A DNA stretch of 64,000 nucleotides from the NCBI GenBank assembly GCA_965215125.1, contig OZ244052.1, forward strand, positions 288,001 through 352,000. Direction: 5' to 3'. The position numbers and the translations under genes are program-made. Every line of letters starts with the position of its first letter. Positions within the stretch are counted from its first letter, which is position 1. The notes beneath the pieces were generated by a model, which saw nothing but the letters and a program-made list of their open reading frames with translations, was not told the origin of the DNA and made no database searches. Positions 45,196 through 55,865 of the stretch are shown here, piece by piece. This stretch comes from an uncultured candidatus Porisulfidus sp. (GTDB lineage: Bacteria; Pseudomonadota; Gammaproteobacteria; Poriferisulfidales; Oxydemutatoraceae).

Positions 45196-46470
45196 TTAAG
45201 AACCTGCCCCTACTACCCTCGAGACGGGAAATCGGCACCTGAAAGTGCTTCCCTTGCCTAATTCGCTTTCTATTTCCAAAGTTGCTTGATGTCTATCCAA
45301 TACATGCTTGACTATAGATAAACCTAAACCGGTATTGCCTTTATTACCCGAGCGAGCCGAGTCCACCCGATAAAAACGTTTGCTTAGCTTCGGCAAATGA
45401 TATGCCTCTATACCGATACCCTTATCGGTCACCTCAAAATAAGCCCCTCGGTCGTCTCGTCTCCATATAATTTTTATATCGTCGGATTGCGAATGACCTC
45501 TTGCATTGTCAATAAGATTATAGAATACGCTGTGGAGTTCCGAAGCGCAGCCACGCAACTTAAAAGACTCTATCCGAGTATCAAAGCGGATTTGTTCGGT
45601 GCCTTTCTTTAAGGACTCCAGTATGGATTCCAGCATCTCGGGTACGTCAACGCTACTTTGCTCTCGCTCCTTTAATTCGGTATTTTCCAAATAGACTATG
45701 CTCAGCGTATCGTCCGCTAATACTTTCATTCGTTCAACCTGTTTTTGCATATTATCCAATATCTTTTGCAGAGTCTCGTCTTTGGTTTCTTCGCTCTTTT
45801 CTTTTAATATTTCCAAATAACCGTTGATCACAGTCAACGGAGAGCATAATTCGTGAGCCACGTTGGCGATTAATTCACGGTTGGTATTTTTCACTTCTAT
45901 AAAATGAGAAATATCACGTACCAACACACAAAGGTAACGCGCGCCGTAGGGCAGCAAACAGACGGCAATGGGCGGCTGTCTATCTTGCAATATGATTTCC
46001 TGTCCATAACATTTTTCATCCAGTGCATCTATAAAACTCGGAGCGCGCAGTGAATGACTTATATCGGTCGTGATATCTCGGTTTGTGCTCAGTTGCAATA
46101 ATACACTTGCTTGTTTGTTCATCCATTTAATACGATTGTCTTCCAGTAACACAAGACCGTAATCACCCTGCTCAATGTTTTGCAGTTCATTAACACTTAA
46201 CTCGGGTACTGCATTTCTATCGCTTAGATGTGTTTCAAGCGAAGTGTAGACGTTTTTCCATATACGATTTAATCCCGCAGACGGTACGGTTATTGATTGA
46301 TCGGAACACCATTTCTGCAAATAATACAACTGTAATAACTGTGTGAAAATAAATGCCAGTATCGCAAGTAGGAGAAATACCAAAAAATGTCCGAAAATAA
46401 TGCCACAGACTACGGCAAGCAATACATAAGGTATCAGTGCCGATACGTTATTTTGTATAAATCGCTTCAC
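45196..46470 (-). CDS. phoR: Phosphate regulon sensor kinase
   Basis: ANVAHELCSPLTVINGYLE, NLIDNA, DKGIGI, RFYRVD, TGLGLSIVKH; follows phoB. Confidence 0.88.
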   Translation of the reverse strand: MKRFIQNNVSALIPYVLLAVVCGIIFGHFLVFLLLAILAFIFTQLLQLYYLQKWCSDQSITVPSAGLNRIWKNVYTSLETHLSDRNAVPELSVNELQNIEQGDYGLVLLEDNRIKWMNKQASVLLQLSTNRDITTDISHSLRAPSFIDALDEKCYGQEIILQDRQPPIAVCLLPYGARYLCVLVRDISHFIEVKNTNRELIANVAHELCSPLTVINGYLEILKEKSEETKDETLQKILDNMQKQVERMKVLADDTLSIVYLENTELKEREQSSVDVPEMLESILESLKKGTEQIRFDTRIESFKLRGCASELHSVFYNLIDNARGHSQSDDIKIIWRRDDRGAYFEVTDKGIGIEAYHLPKLSKRFYRVDSARSGNKGNTGLGLSIVKHVLDRHQATLEIESELGKGSTFRCRFPVSRVVGAGS

Positions 46471-46478
46471 GCCCCTAT

Positions 46479-47171
46479 TTATCTCTTAGGTACGAAACGA
46501 TAACCCACTCCTCTAACCGTTTCTATCGCCTCTTCCGCCCGATAAGTCTTTAGAATATTTCGTAATCTCTTGATATGAACATCGACGGTTCGCTCTTCTA
46601 TATATCTATCTCTATCCCAGACACGGGCCAATATTTTAGAACGCGATAAAACCTGATCGTGATGAATCATCATAAAATACAATAGCTTAAATTCGGTTGC
46701 ACTCAAAAAAGCTTCTTTGTCATTGATCGTAAACCGATATTTCATCGGATCAATCGTATAAGCCCCTAAAGTAATCTTCTTTAGTTCCTTGTCGGGCTTG
46801 GCGCGCCTCAACAGTGCCTTGATCCTAGCAAGCAATTCTCGTTTGGAAAACGGTTTGGTTATATAATCGTCGCATCCGATCTCCAATGCTTTAACTTTAT
46901 CGTTCTCTTCGCTTTTGGCGGTTAGCATAATAATCGGAATATGGGCAGTTTCCGACAACCTGCGCAGATAACGGGTGAAATCGATGCCGTCGGTTTTCGG
47001 CATCATCCAATCAACCAAAATCAGATCGGGCATGGCACGATGTATTTTCTGAATCGCAAGTTCGGCAGTCAAGGCCTGTTCGGCTTGGTAACCCTCGTTT
47101 TTAAGCATCAGGCAGGTCATTTCACAAATAGCAGGGTCGTCATCCACTATTAAAATTTGCGTCAGGTTCAC
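46479..47171 (-). CDS. phoB: Phosphate regulon response regulator
   Basis: PDLILVDWMMP, DDYITKPFS, EERTVDVHIKRLR, TVRGVGY. Confidence 0.9.
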   Translation of the reverse strand: MNLTQILIVDDDPAICEMTCLMLKNEGYQAEQALTAELAIQKIHRAMPDLILVDWMMPKTDGIDFTRYLRRLSETAHIPIIMLTAKSEENDKVKALEIGCDDYITKPFSKRELLARIKALLRRAKPDKELKKITLGAYTIDPMKYRFTINDKEAFLSATEFKLLYFMMIHHDQVLSRSKILARVWDRDRYIEERTVDVHIKRLRNILKTYRAEEAIETVRGVGYRFVPKR

Positions 47172-47175
47172 TGTT

Positions 47176-48171
47176 TTAGCATTTCTTAGCTAACAGTAGG
47201 GAAAAGACATCGTTGTTCGCCAATATATGATGTTCTATCTTAAACCCGCCTTCGTGCATTAAGTTGTTTAATTTTTTATCGTCGAATTTTCGGCTAATTT
47301 CGGTTAACATCACTTCCCCTTTGCGTAGCTTCATAGAACGTCCGAGCTTGGCAAAATAGATTACTTGGTCTTTCTCGGATACTAAGCGCATTTCTACACG
47401 GCTATAAGATTCGTTGAAAACGGCACTATACTTGAAATTATCACACACAAAGTCCGCATCCAGTTCTTGATTGAGCCTATCGAGCAAATTAAAGTTAAAA
47501 CGTTTGGTCACACCGTCGGAATCATCGTACGCAGCAGTTAATATATCGCGATCCTTAATACGATCCGCACCCAATAGCAAAACACCGTCATCACCCAATA
47601 AATCGCCGATCTCCCTCAAAAAATCGGTTGCTTCCTCGGAACTGAAATTACCTATGGTGCTACCCATGAATAGGGCTAAACGACAACCTTCGGGTAAGCG
47701 TATGTTGGTAAAGCCCGCATGATAATCACCCACATAAGCATTGATACGCAACCATGGATACGCAGCGAGTAACTCGTTGCTTAAGTCCTTGATTGCTTTA
47801 TAGCATATATCAATAGGCCAAAAGGTACAATGAATACCTTGTCGCTCACAAGCATCCAATAAAAATCGGCTTTTGGCTAATTTGCCGCAACCAAATTCGA
47901 CGATATGCTCGGGTTTAACTTCGGCAATTAAATAATCTGCTTTCTCCTGTAAGAGCTTATTTTCCGCTCGAGTCAGATAATAATCTTTGGAACTGCAAAT
48001 TTGCTCGAATAACTCGGAACCTTTATCGTTATATAGATATTTAGGCGGTAAGCTAAAAGCATTATTGGATAGACTCTCCATTATGTCTTCCTCCAATGTA
48101 TTCATCGGCTTTGTTGGTTTCAAATTATTACAAGTAAAACGATTTTCTTTATCTTTCAATAACTTATCCAT
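47176..48171 (-). CDS. egtD: L-histidine N-alpha-methyltransferase (EgtD-like)
   Basis: LPPKYLY..KGSELFEQI..YYLTRAE, GSTIGNF, AAYDDSDGVT..FN, TEISRKF. Confidence 0.85.
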   Translation of the reverse strand: MDKLLKDKENRFTCNNLKPTKPMNTLEEDIMESLSNNAFSLPPKYLYNDKGSELFEQICSSKDYYLTRAENKLLQEKADYLIAEVKPEHIVEFGCGKLAKSRFLLDACERQGIHCTFWPIDICYKAIKDLSNELLAAYPWLRINAYVGDYHAGFTNIRLPEGCRLALFMGSTIGNFSSEEATDFLREIGDLLGDDGVLLLGADRIKDRDILTAAYDDSDGVTKRFNFNLLDRLNQELDADFVCDNFKYSAVFNESYSRVEMRLVSEKDQVIYFAKLGRSMKLRKGEVMLTEISRKFDDKKLNNLMHEGGFKIEHHILANNDVFSLLLAKKC

Positions 48172-48349
48172 ACTATTGTGTAACCTTCCCTAAATAATTC
48201 TAGTTTATAGATAAAATTCTTATATATAGTATAACAAATATATTTTTTACCGCTTATTCTAAGAAAATCTTGAAAAGTTTAACTCAAACCTCTGCTAACA
48301 CAATGTAGGTAAATCAACCATACCATAAATTCCGGCTAAACTTTCTGTT

Positions 48350-48525
48350 TTCACAAACAGCCGACGGGTAAGTTCACAAACAGCCGACGGGTAAGTTCAC
48401 AAACAGCCGACAGGTAAGTTCACAAACAGCCGACAGGTAAGTTCACAAACAGCCGACAGGTTGATTCACAAATAGCCGACAGGTAAAATAACAAATAGCC
48501 GAGGAGTAAATTCACAAACAGCCGA
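48350..48525 (+). repeat. 23-bp direct tandem repeats (about 7.6 copies)
   Basis: ttcacaaacagccgac(g/a)ggtaag at 48350, 48373, 48396, 48419, 48442, 48465, 48488 and 48511 (partial); degenerates toward the 3' end. Confidence 0.92.
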
Positions 48526-48543
48526 ACCTTAAACTAAAAAATC

Positions 48544-49791
48544 ATGATAAAGAAAGCTATTTATCCGCGTCATATTGAACCGCGCCTGAAGGAAGCATTG
48601 AAAGATTCTCCTGTTGTTCTAATACAAGGATCGCGTCAATGTGGTAAAACTACGCTTGCTCAAGCAATAGAAAGATCGGCAGATTATAAATACCTAACTT
48701 TTGATGACGAAAACACTAGAATTCAAGCCGTTGAAGACCCTCTAAACTTTGTCAATTCTTTATCGGAACGAGTTATATTAGATGAAGCACAACGTGCACC
48801 GGAAATTTTCTCGTCAATAAAATTGTCGGTTGACCGAGACCGCACAGCAGGAAGATTTATCCTAACAGGTTCGGTCAATCTATTACAAACAATGCAGATA
48901 AAAGAGTCACTCGCGGGTCGTATGGATATACTTCGGCTACATCCTTTTTCACAAAATGAACTTCAACAAACTACACCCCAATTTCCCGACCTTCTATTTT
49001 CTCCCGATTTTTCTATTAGCCAGGACTTACCGAGTAAAAATCTATATATAGACCGTATCGTGACAGGTGGCTATCCGACGGCACTCAAACGATCCAAAAC
49101 AAGAAGACACAACTGGTATAGGACCTATATAGAAAGCATCGTAAATAGCGATGCAAGGATTATTTCCGGAATTCGCTCTATAGAAACATTACCAAGGTTA
49201 CTCGAAATAGCAGCGGGACGTACAGCTTGTCTACTAAACGTAAATAATCTAACATCATCCTTTCAGTTGGATAGGCTGACAATTGATAGCTACCTGATAC
49301 TGCTCGAAAAAATGTTTTTGATGGAAAGAATACCGGCATGGCATAGCAACCGAGCGAAACGACTGGTAAAAACACCTAAAATGCATCTATGCGATACAGG
49401 CATTGTCTGTGCTTTGCTCGATTTGAATGAAGCGGCACTTCTGGAGGATCGTATGTTATTCGGTCATATTCTTGAGACATTTGTTTTACAAGAATTAAAA
49501 AGACAAGCAAGCGCAAGCAATCGAAAGCACAGCTTTTATCATTTTAGAAATAGAGATGGTGAGGAGGTGGATATCGTTATACAACGCGGAACAAAATTGG
49601 CAGGTGTAGAAGTTAAAGCCTCCGGAACGATTAAAAAATCGGATTTTAACGGTCTACGCAAACTTAAAGAGGCAGCAGGAAAAAATTTCGCAAGTGGTAT
49701 CCTATTTTATAACGGTGATAGCGTCGTAAGCCATAGCGAATCTCTTTATGCGTTGCCGGTAAGAAAGTTATGGGAAATAACCGCCGATTGA
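48544..49791 (+). CDS. AAA_14 + DUF4143 ATP-binding protein
   Basis: GSRQCGKTT, ILDEAQR, FILTGS, ESLAGR, KTPKMHLCDTG, EVDIVI...VEVKAS. Confidence 0.9.
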   Translation: MIKKAIYPRHIEPRLKEALKDSPVVLIQGSRQCGKTTLAQAIERSADYKYLTFDDENTRIQAVEDPLNFVNSLSERVILDEAQRAPEIFSSIKLSVDRDRTAGRFILTGSVNLLQTMQIKESLAGRMDILRLHPFSQNELQQTTPQFPDLLFSPDFSISQDLPSKNLYIDRIVTGGYPTALKRSKTRRHNWYRTYIESIVNSDARIISGIRSIETLPRLLEIAAGRTACLLNVNNLTSSFQLDRLTIDSYLILLEKMFLMERIPAWHSNRAKRLVKTPKMHLCDTGIVCALLDLNEAALLEDRMLFGHILETFVLQELKRQASASNRKHSFYHFRNRDGEEVDIVIQRGTKLAGVEVKASGTIKKSDFNGLRKLKEAAGKNFASGILFYNGDSVVSHSESLYALPVRKLWEITAD

Positions 49792-49928
49792 GCCGGTAGT
49801 TCAATCGGCATAACTCTATGCACAGCCTTAACATAAGAATATAAGTCGGATAAACTAAGGTTTATCCTTATAAGTATAAAACAGGTAATCTAAAAATTGG
49901 GTAACATCAATAAATACATCACCCGGTC

Positions 49929-50420
49929 TTACGGATGCTTCGGATTCTCATGATTTAACAACCATGCTTTGATACTCAAGTCTTGCTTGCCGTCGGTTCC
50001 GGTATAACCGCAGAGCGCACCGGACTGAGCAATCACTCTATGGCACGGGATAATAATCGGTATCGGATTAGCGGCACACGCACCGCCGATTGCTCGCGGA
50101 TGCGTGTTCAGCTTTTGCGCTATTTGCTTATAAGTTGCCGTACTTCCCGGTTTGATATTGGATAAGGCTTTCCACACTCGTTTTCTAAAGGAAGTCTGCT
50201 CGGACAATACGAGCGGAATCGTAAACCGGTTGTGCGGTCTATCAAAATAGCGCATCAATTGATTATATGCCAAACGACCTAAGCGAGTTTGAGGATACGC
50301 ATTTGTACGACACGAGGAATTGGAAAAAGATATAGTACCTAAACCTTGCTCTCGTATTTCTAGAACCAGTCCACCTATCGGTGTTTTTAGATATAACAAT
50401 TCCGCAACCGACTCTTTCAT
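49929..50420 (-). CDS. ogt: Methylated-DNA-protein-cysteine methyltransferase
   Basis: [22 protein letters not shown]. Confidence 0.92.
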   Translation of the reverse strand: MKESVAELLYLKTPIGGLVLEIREQGLGTISFSNSSCRTNAYPQTRLGRLAYNQLMRYFDRPHNRFTIPLVLSEQTSFRKRVWKALSNIKPGSTATYKQIAQKLNTHPRAIGGACAANPIPIIIPCHRVIAQSGALCGYTGTDGKQDLSIKAWLLNHENPKHP

Positions 50421-50445
50421 CGCCTATATCATGCGTAAAATTAAA

Positions 50446-50522
<77 letters not shown>

Positions 50523-50526
50523 ATAT

Positions 50527-50880
50527 TCATCGCATGCTTTTTAATATAGCTTGCAGTTCCTTAATAATTTCATCGAGCAAACGGTTGTTATAGTGTTTTT
50601 TGATGGCACCTTCGTCGCTGTTTATTTTCCGTTTGGCTCCGTCTATCGTATAACCTTCGTGCTTGAGCAGCGTATAAATCTTCTTTACTACCAGCAAGTC
50701 GTTCTTAGTATAAAAACGCCGACCACCACGTCTGACGGGTTTTAATTGTCTGAATATCTGTTCCCAGTAGCGTAATACATGCTGTTCTACACCACACCAT
50801 TCGCTGACATCGCCAATCGTGAAATAGTGTTTATCGGGTATCAGCGGATAGCGAGTCGGTTTTTTAGCCTCTTCCGTCAT
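50527..50880 (-). CDS. MerR-family regulator (ihfA-associated)
   Basis: [13 protein letters not shown]...[12 protein letters not shown]. Confidence 0.9.
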   Translation of the reverse strand: MTEEAKKPTRYPLIPDKHYFTIGDVSEWCGVEQHVLRYWEQIFRQLKPVRRGGRRFYTKNDLLVVKKIYTLLKHEGYTIDGAKRKINSDEGAIKKHYNNRLLDEIIKELQAILKSMR

Positions 50881-51160
50881 TTGAAGCTATTCTGTTTTTT
50901 AATTTTAGCCCCGACCTGAATACAACGACCCGACGCGCAGAAATAACCGCCGGTTTTCCGGTCTTAGGATTACGCCCCATGCGCCGTTTCTTATTTCGTA
51001 GCAAAAAGTTTCCGAACCCCGATATTCTAAGGTCTTTGCCCTCTTCCAAAGTGCTAATAATCTCTTCAAAGAAGAGTTTAACGAACTCTTCCGACTCAAG
51101 CCTGTTAAACCCGAGCCTATCGATTAAATTCTGTGCTATATCAGCTTTAGTTATCGTCAT
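50864..51160 (-). CDS. ihfA: Integration host factor alpha
   Basis: ISGFGNF, GRNPKTG, ISARRVVVFR. Confidence 0.93.
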   Translation of the reverse strand: MTITKADIAQNLIDRLGFNRLESEEFVKLFFEEIISTLEEGKDLRISGFGNFLLRNKKRRMGRNPKTGKPAVISARRVVVFRSGLKLKNRIASNDGRG

Positions 51161-51248
51161 TACCTCTACCTATTCTGCTATAATTACTATCATATAATAA
51201 TAGTACTTACTAGAAGTATTTTATCAACTATATACCTTAAATGATACT

Positions 51249-51869
51249 ATGAACGATAAATTTATACAAAACTCTTTTGCTTCTTCTACAGGCATAGACT
51301 TCAGCCGGCGCGACCCCGACGACGGTGTAGATCCTTTATTTTATCAACGCTGGTCGCCGCGTTCTTTTAATAAAAAACCTATACCCGAGAAAACGCTTAA
51401 AACTATTTTCGATGCGGCGCGCTGGGCTCCTTCGTGTTACAACGACCAGCCGTGGTTATTCATCACATCCGACAGCGACGAAGATTTTGATTTTTTTCAT
51501 AACTTATTGACCGAATTCAATCAAACATGGGCACACCGAGCATCTCTGTTAGGTTTCATTGTTGCGCGTAAACATTTTGAACATAACGATAAACAAAATC
51601 AGTTGGCAAGTTTTGATTGCGGCGCGGCGTGGCTCGCGATGACTTTGCAAGCAAGGCTGTTAGGACTTTACACACACGGAATGGGTGGCATCAAACGCGA
51701 GGAAATCTATAAGGCTTTCGATTTAGACACGGCCAAGTTTGAAGTGATTTGCGGTTTTGCACTGGGTTATATAGACTTGGCGGATCAATTATCCGAAGAC
51801 CTTTCGGACACAGAGAAACCATCCGAGAGAAAGCCTTTAGAACAGATATGGCAACGCCGCCGTATTTAG
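51249..51869 (+). CDS. Nitroreductase family protein
   Basis: RWSPRSF, AARWAPSCYNDQPW, FDCGAAW, HGMGG. Confidence 0.9.
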   Translation: MNDKFIQNSFASSTGIDFSRRDPDDGVDPLFYQRWSPRSFNKKPIPEKTLKTIFDAARWAPSCYNDQPWLFITSDSDEDFDFFHNLLTEFNQTWAHRASLLGFIVARKHFEHNDKQNQLASFDCGAAWLAMTLQARLLGLYTHGMGGIKREEIYKAFDLDTAKFEVICGFALGYIDLADQLSEDLSDTEKPSERKPLEQIWQRRRI

Positions 51870-51879
51870 GAAATCCGTT

Positions 51880-54255
51880 TTAAGCCAATCTACATTCGGC
51901 GGAAAATTGTTCGCAGATCTTATCGGTCAATGTTTGGATTAGATTGTCAACGGTTTCTTTTTGTAGCGTTCGGCAGGTATCTTGAAAAATGAGGCCGATG
52001 CCGATATTCTTGACACCCTTTCCCAACTGCTCGTCTTCGTAAGCATCAAATATAAAACGATCTGCCAAATAACCGATATCCAAGGTATCTATATATTCCA
52101 AGATTTTCGTTACATTGATTTCTTTTGCTACGACGAATGCCAAATCTCGGCGCACCGATGGATAAGCCGGTATCGCTTGATAATGTGGAAGTTTTGCATC
52201 GCTTATTGCGTCAATCCGAAGTTCAAATAAAAACGCCGGTGCATGCAATTTATACTGTCCGGTCAGCAACGGCGAAAGTGCGCCCACACAACCGATGTGC
52301 CTATCCTTAATATAGATATCCGCACATTGCCCGGAATGTAATCCCGGATATTCGCCGGCCTTAAATTTCAGTTGACCTTCAAAAGCCTGCAACAAGTTCT
52401 CCAGATCGCCTTTGACATCGTAAAAATCGTAGCACCTAGGCTTATCGCTCCATTGATCGGGCATTATCGTGCCGCAGGCTAAGCCGGCTAGCACATTGCT
52501 TTGTTCAATTTTATTATCGGTAATAAAAAATTTAGCACCTTGCTCAAAAATACAAACCTTATCTTGCTGTCTATTGAGGTTATACTTTAGTACCTGTAGT
52601 AGACCCGGCCACAGAGAAGTACGCATCACCGACATCTGCTCGGAGACCGGATTCTCCAGCTGCAATGCTCCGATATCGGCATCGGGTGTGAATACACGCA
52701 GTTGTTCGGGAGCGATAAAGCTATATGTGATGACTTCAAAATAACCTCGTGCGTTTAAGTAATCGCTGCGATAATGAGTGTGTTGCTCGCTTCTATCTAC
52801 ATCAAAACGATCGGTATGACTGCCGAGTGTTTCGGGAATGCGGTCATAACCGTAGATTCTGGCAATCTCTTCTATCAGATCTTCCTCTATCGCCAAATCA
52901 AATCTATAAGACGGCGGTGTGCATTGCCAGCCTTCTTTGCTCGCTTTTAAGATACAGCCTAAACTTGTCAAGGTTTTTTCCATAAACTCGGGCTTTATTT
53001 CCACACCCAAATATGCGACAACCGACCGCTTATTCAACGCAATCGGTGTTCTGGTCGGTATATGCTCACGCGACACGATTTCAACCGTGGCCCCGACCTC
53101 TGCATCCAATAGCGTTGCGATCAGATAACTCGCATATTCCATAGCCTTAGATTGCAGTTCAAAGTCTACGCCGCGTTCGAAGCGATGTGAAGATTCGGTC
53201 TGTAAACCGTAGTGTCTCGCCCGCCCCAAGATTGCCTCGGGCTTGAAGAATGCGCTTTCTAAAACGATTTCGGTAGAGTCGCTTTGCACCGCACTGTGTT
53301 CTCCGCCTACGATACCGGCGATTGCAACCGCTCGTTGTTCGTCGGCAATAACCAACGTCTGCCGATCTAGCTCAATCGTTTGTCCGCCTAATATTTCCAG
53401 TTCTTCGTTCGCCGCCGACCACCGTATATGCAATGCACCTTTTAAGTTACGCTTGTCGAATGCATGCATAGGTTGTCCTAATTCGAGCATCACATAGTTG
53501 AGTATATCTACGACCGGATAAATCGCACGAATACCGCATCGTCTAAGACGCTCTTTGATCCACAAAGGCGTAGTCTTTCGTACATCTATAGCCCGTATTT
53601 CTTTGGCTAAATAACGCGGGCATGCGTCGGGTTGTAGCAGTTTGATTGCAGGTATATTGCGGTGTAATTCGGTTGGCGAATCCCATTGCAAGTCTTTGAG
53701 CGGCAAATCGAGTATTACCGAAAGTTCGCGGGCGATCCCCGAAATACTCAAACAGTCGGCACGATTGGGAGTTAGGTCTATGTCGTAAACCAGATCGTCC
53801 AATTTCATATAATCAACCAAAGACCGACCTACTTCGGCAGCATCATCGAGTTCCAACAAACCTTCCTGCTCCTGCGCCATACCCAATTCATAAGCCGAGC
53901 AAAGCATTCCATCCGAATCGCATCCTCGTATATTTTTGACTGCGATTCGGGACTCTCCGATGCGTGCACCCGACGGCGCATAAGCTGCCAACATATCGGG
54001 GCGAACGTTGCTTGCTCCGCAAACCACATCACGCAATCGTTGCTCGCCTATATCCACTCTGCATAACTTTAGTTTATCGGCATCGGGGTGCTTATTTACG
54101 GCGACAACGCGTGCGACGACCACACCCGACAAATCATCACAGACGGTTTCCGTCGCATCGAGTTCCAAGCCTGCCATCGTTAGGTGGTTGCCCAATGCTT
54201 CGGCATCCATCTCTATAGGCAACCGTTGCTTAAGCCATTCGAGATTACAACGCAT
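51880..54255 (-). CDS. pheT: Phenylalanyl-tRNA synthetase beta subunit
   Basis: HPDADKL, LTPNRADCLS, RFERGVD, DLIEEIARIYGY, RRDLAF. Confidence 0.96.
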   Translation of the reverse strand: MRCNLEWLKQRLPIEMDAEALGNHLTMAGLELDATETVCDDLSGVVVARVVAVNKHPDADKLKLCRVDIGEQRLRDVVCGASNVRPDMLAAYAPSGARIGESRIAVKNIRGCDSDGMLCSAYELGMAQEQEGLLELDDAAEVGRSLVDYMKLDDLVYDIDLTPNRADCLSISGIARELSVILDLPLKDLQWDSPTELHRNIPAIKLLQPDACPRYLAKEIRAIDVRKTTPLWIKERLRRCGIRAIYPVVDILNYVMLELGQPMHAFDKRNLKGALHIRWSAANEELEILGGQTIELDRQTLVIADEQRAVAIAGIVGGEHSAVQSDSTEIVLESAFFKPEAILGRARHYGLQTESSHRFERGVDFELQSKAMEYASYLIATLLDAEVGATVEIVSREHIPTRTPIALNKRSVVAYLGVEIKPEFMEKTLTSLGCILKASKEGWQCTPPSYRFDLAIEEDLIEEIARIYGYDRIPETLGSHTDRFDVDRSEQHTHYRSDYLNARGYFEVITYSFIAPEQLRVFTPDADIGALQLENPVSEQMSVMRTSLWPGLLQVLKYNLNRQQDKVCIFEQGAKFFITDNKIEQSNVLAGLACGTIMPDQWSDKPRCYDFYDVKGDLENLLQAFEGQLKFKAGEYPGLHSGQCADIYIKDRHIGCVGALSPLLTGQYKLHAPAFLFELRIDAISDAKLPHYQAIPAYPSVRRDLAFVVAKEINVTKILEYIDTLDIGYLADRFIFDAYEDEQLGKGVKNIGIGLIFQDTCRTLQKETVDNLIQTLTDKICEQFSAECRLA

Positions 54256-54260
54256 ATCTT

Positions 54261-55283
54261 TCAGAGGTAAAATTGTTTTAAGAAACGAATGTCGTTTTCA
54301 AACAACAACCGCAAATCGGCTATGCAGTAGCGTAGCATAGCCAATCGCTCTATACCCAAACCAAAGGCGTATCCTTTATACACGGCGGTATCGTAACCCA
54401 CCGCGTTGAACACCGCCGGATGCACCATGCCACAACCCATAACTTCCAGCCAATCTCGTTTTTTGCCTTCTTGCCATTTGATATCGACTTCCGCCGAGGG
54501 TTCGGTAAAAGGAAAGTAAGAGGGCCTGAAGCGTATTGCCAAGTCCTCGTTTTCAAAAAATGTACGCAAGAAATTGGCAACTATCGCCTTTAAGTCGGCA
54601 AAACAAATATCGCTTCCTACCACCAAACCTTCAACTTGATGGAACATCGGACTATGGGTAATATCAAAATCACGTCTGTAGACGCGTCCCGGCGCGATGA
54701 TGCGTATTGGTGGTTCACGCCGCTGCATCACTCTAATTTGTACCGGTGAAGTATGGGTGCGCAGTAAGTTACCGTTGTTCAAATAAAAAGTATCGTGCAT
54801 CGCACGCGCCGGGTGCGATATAGGGATATTCAACGCTTCGAAGTTGTGAAAATCATCTTCTATTTCCGGACCCTCGGCTATATCAAAACCCAGGTTTGAA
54901 AAAAGCATCTCTATGCGGCGTAGCGTACGCGTTATCGGATGCGGATTGGCTGCACCGGTGCGCCTGCCTGCCAAGCCTACATCTATACTTTCCTCTAAAG
55001 TTTGCCGTTCTATGGCTTGCGCTTTGAGCGATTGCTCACGGGCTTTGACGGCTTTGATAATATCTTGCTTGACCTCGTTGGCGAGTTGCCCTATCACCGG
55101 CCGCCGTTTTGCCGGCAATGCATTAATCTCTTTGAGTTGTAGTGTTAGTTCGCCTTTCCTGCCTAGATAGCTAACCCGTAGTTGTTCCAGGCTTTTTAGG
55201 TCTTGCGTTTTTTCAATCTCGGCAAGTGCTCGGAATTTGAGCTGAACCAAATCCGGCATTTCATCCGACATCGGGGGAGACAC
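54261..55283 (-). CDS. pheS: Phenylalanyl-tRNA synthetase alpha subunit
   Basis: HPARAMHDTFY, LRTHTSPVQ, FPFTEPS, FGLGIERL. Confidence 0.96.
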   Translation of the reverse strand: MSPPMSDEMPDLVQLKFRALAEIEKTQDLKSLEQLRVSYLGRKGELTLQLKEINALPAKRRPVIGQLANEVKQDIIKAVKAREQSLKAQAIERQTLEESIDVGLAGRRTGAANPHPITRTLRRIEMLFSNLGFDIAEGPEIEDDFHNFEALNIPISHPARAMHDTFYLNNGNLLRTHTSPVQIRVMQRREPPIRIIAPGRVYRRDFDITHSPMFHQVEGLVVGSDICFADLKAIVANFLRTFFENEDLAIRFRPSYFPFTEPSAEVDIKWQEGKKRDWLEVMGCGMVHPAVFNAVGYDTAVYKGYAFGLGIERLAMLRYCIADLRLLFENDIRFLKQFYL

Positions 55284-55284
55284 A

Positions 55285-55644
55285 CTAGGAGGCGAGTGCG
55301 GTTTTAGCTTTATCGACGATTTTCCCGAAAGCCTCTATATCGTTGACTGCGAGATCGGCTAATAGTTTACGGTCTATTTCCACACCCGAACAGGCAAGGC
55401 CGTTGATCAATCGACTGTAAGACAGACCGAAAGATCGCGCCGCAGCGTTAATCCTGATAATCCATAAAGCACGAAATTGTCGTTTGCGTTGACGGCGATC
55501 TCGGTAGGCGTATTGACCGGCGCGTATCACCGCTTGCTTGGCAACACGAAATGTTCTGCTCCGCGCACCGTAATAACCGCGCGCTTGTTTGAGAACTTTC
55601 TTATGTCTAGCGTGTGAAACCACGCCTCGTTTAACTCTCGCCAT
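55285..55644 (-). CDS. rplT: 50S ribosomal protein L20
   Basis: MARVKRGV...[16 protein letters not shown]. Confidence 0.97.
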   Translation of the reverse strand: MARVKRGVVSHARHKKVLKQARGYYGARSRTFRVAKQAVIRAGQYAYRDRRQRKRQFRALWIIRINAAARSFGLSYSRLINGLACSGVEIDRKLLADLAVNDIEAFGKIVDKAKTALAS

Positions 55645-55656
55645 CTCTACTCCGTG

Positions 55657-55854
55657 TTAAGCATACGGTAGCAGTTTTCTAAGCACCGCCTCATCGTTGC
55701 TGTTTATTAAATCGGGTGCGCGCAAATTACGTTTACGCTTGCTATCTTTTTTAGTCAAAATATGCCGCGCATGGGATTGCTTCTTGCGAAACTTACCCGA
55801 TGCGGTTTTGCTAAACCGCTTTGCGGCACCTCTATTTGTTTTCAATTTAGGCAT
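55657..55854 (-). CDS. rpmI: 50S ribosomal protein L35
   Basis: [14 protein letters not shown]. Confidence 0.97.
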   Translation of the reverse strand: MPKLKTNRGAAKRFSKTASGKFRKKQSHARHILTKKDSKRKRNLRAPDLINSNDEAVLRKLLPYA

Positions 55855-55865
55855 CGTCTATCTCT

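Noticed and set aside
48350-48525. Possible CRISPR array or plasmid origin
   Set aside because: No spacers, no Rep gene, and the context is chromosomal housekeeping.
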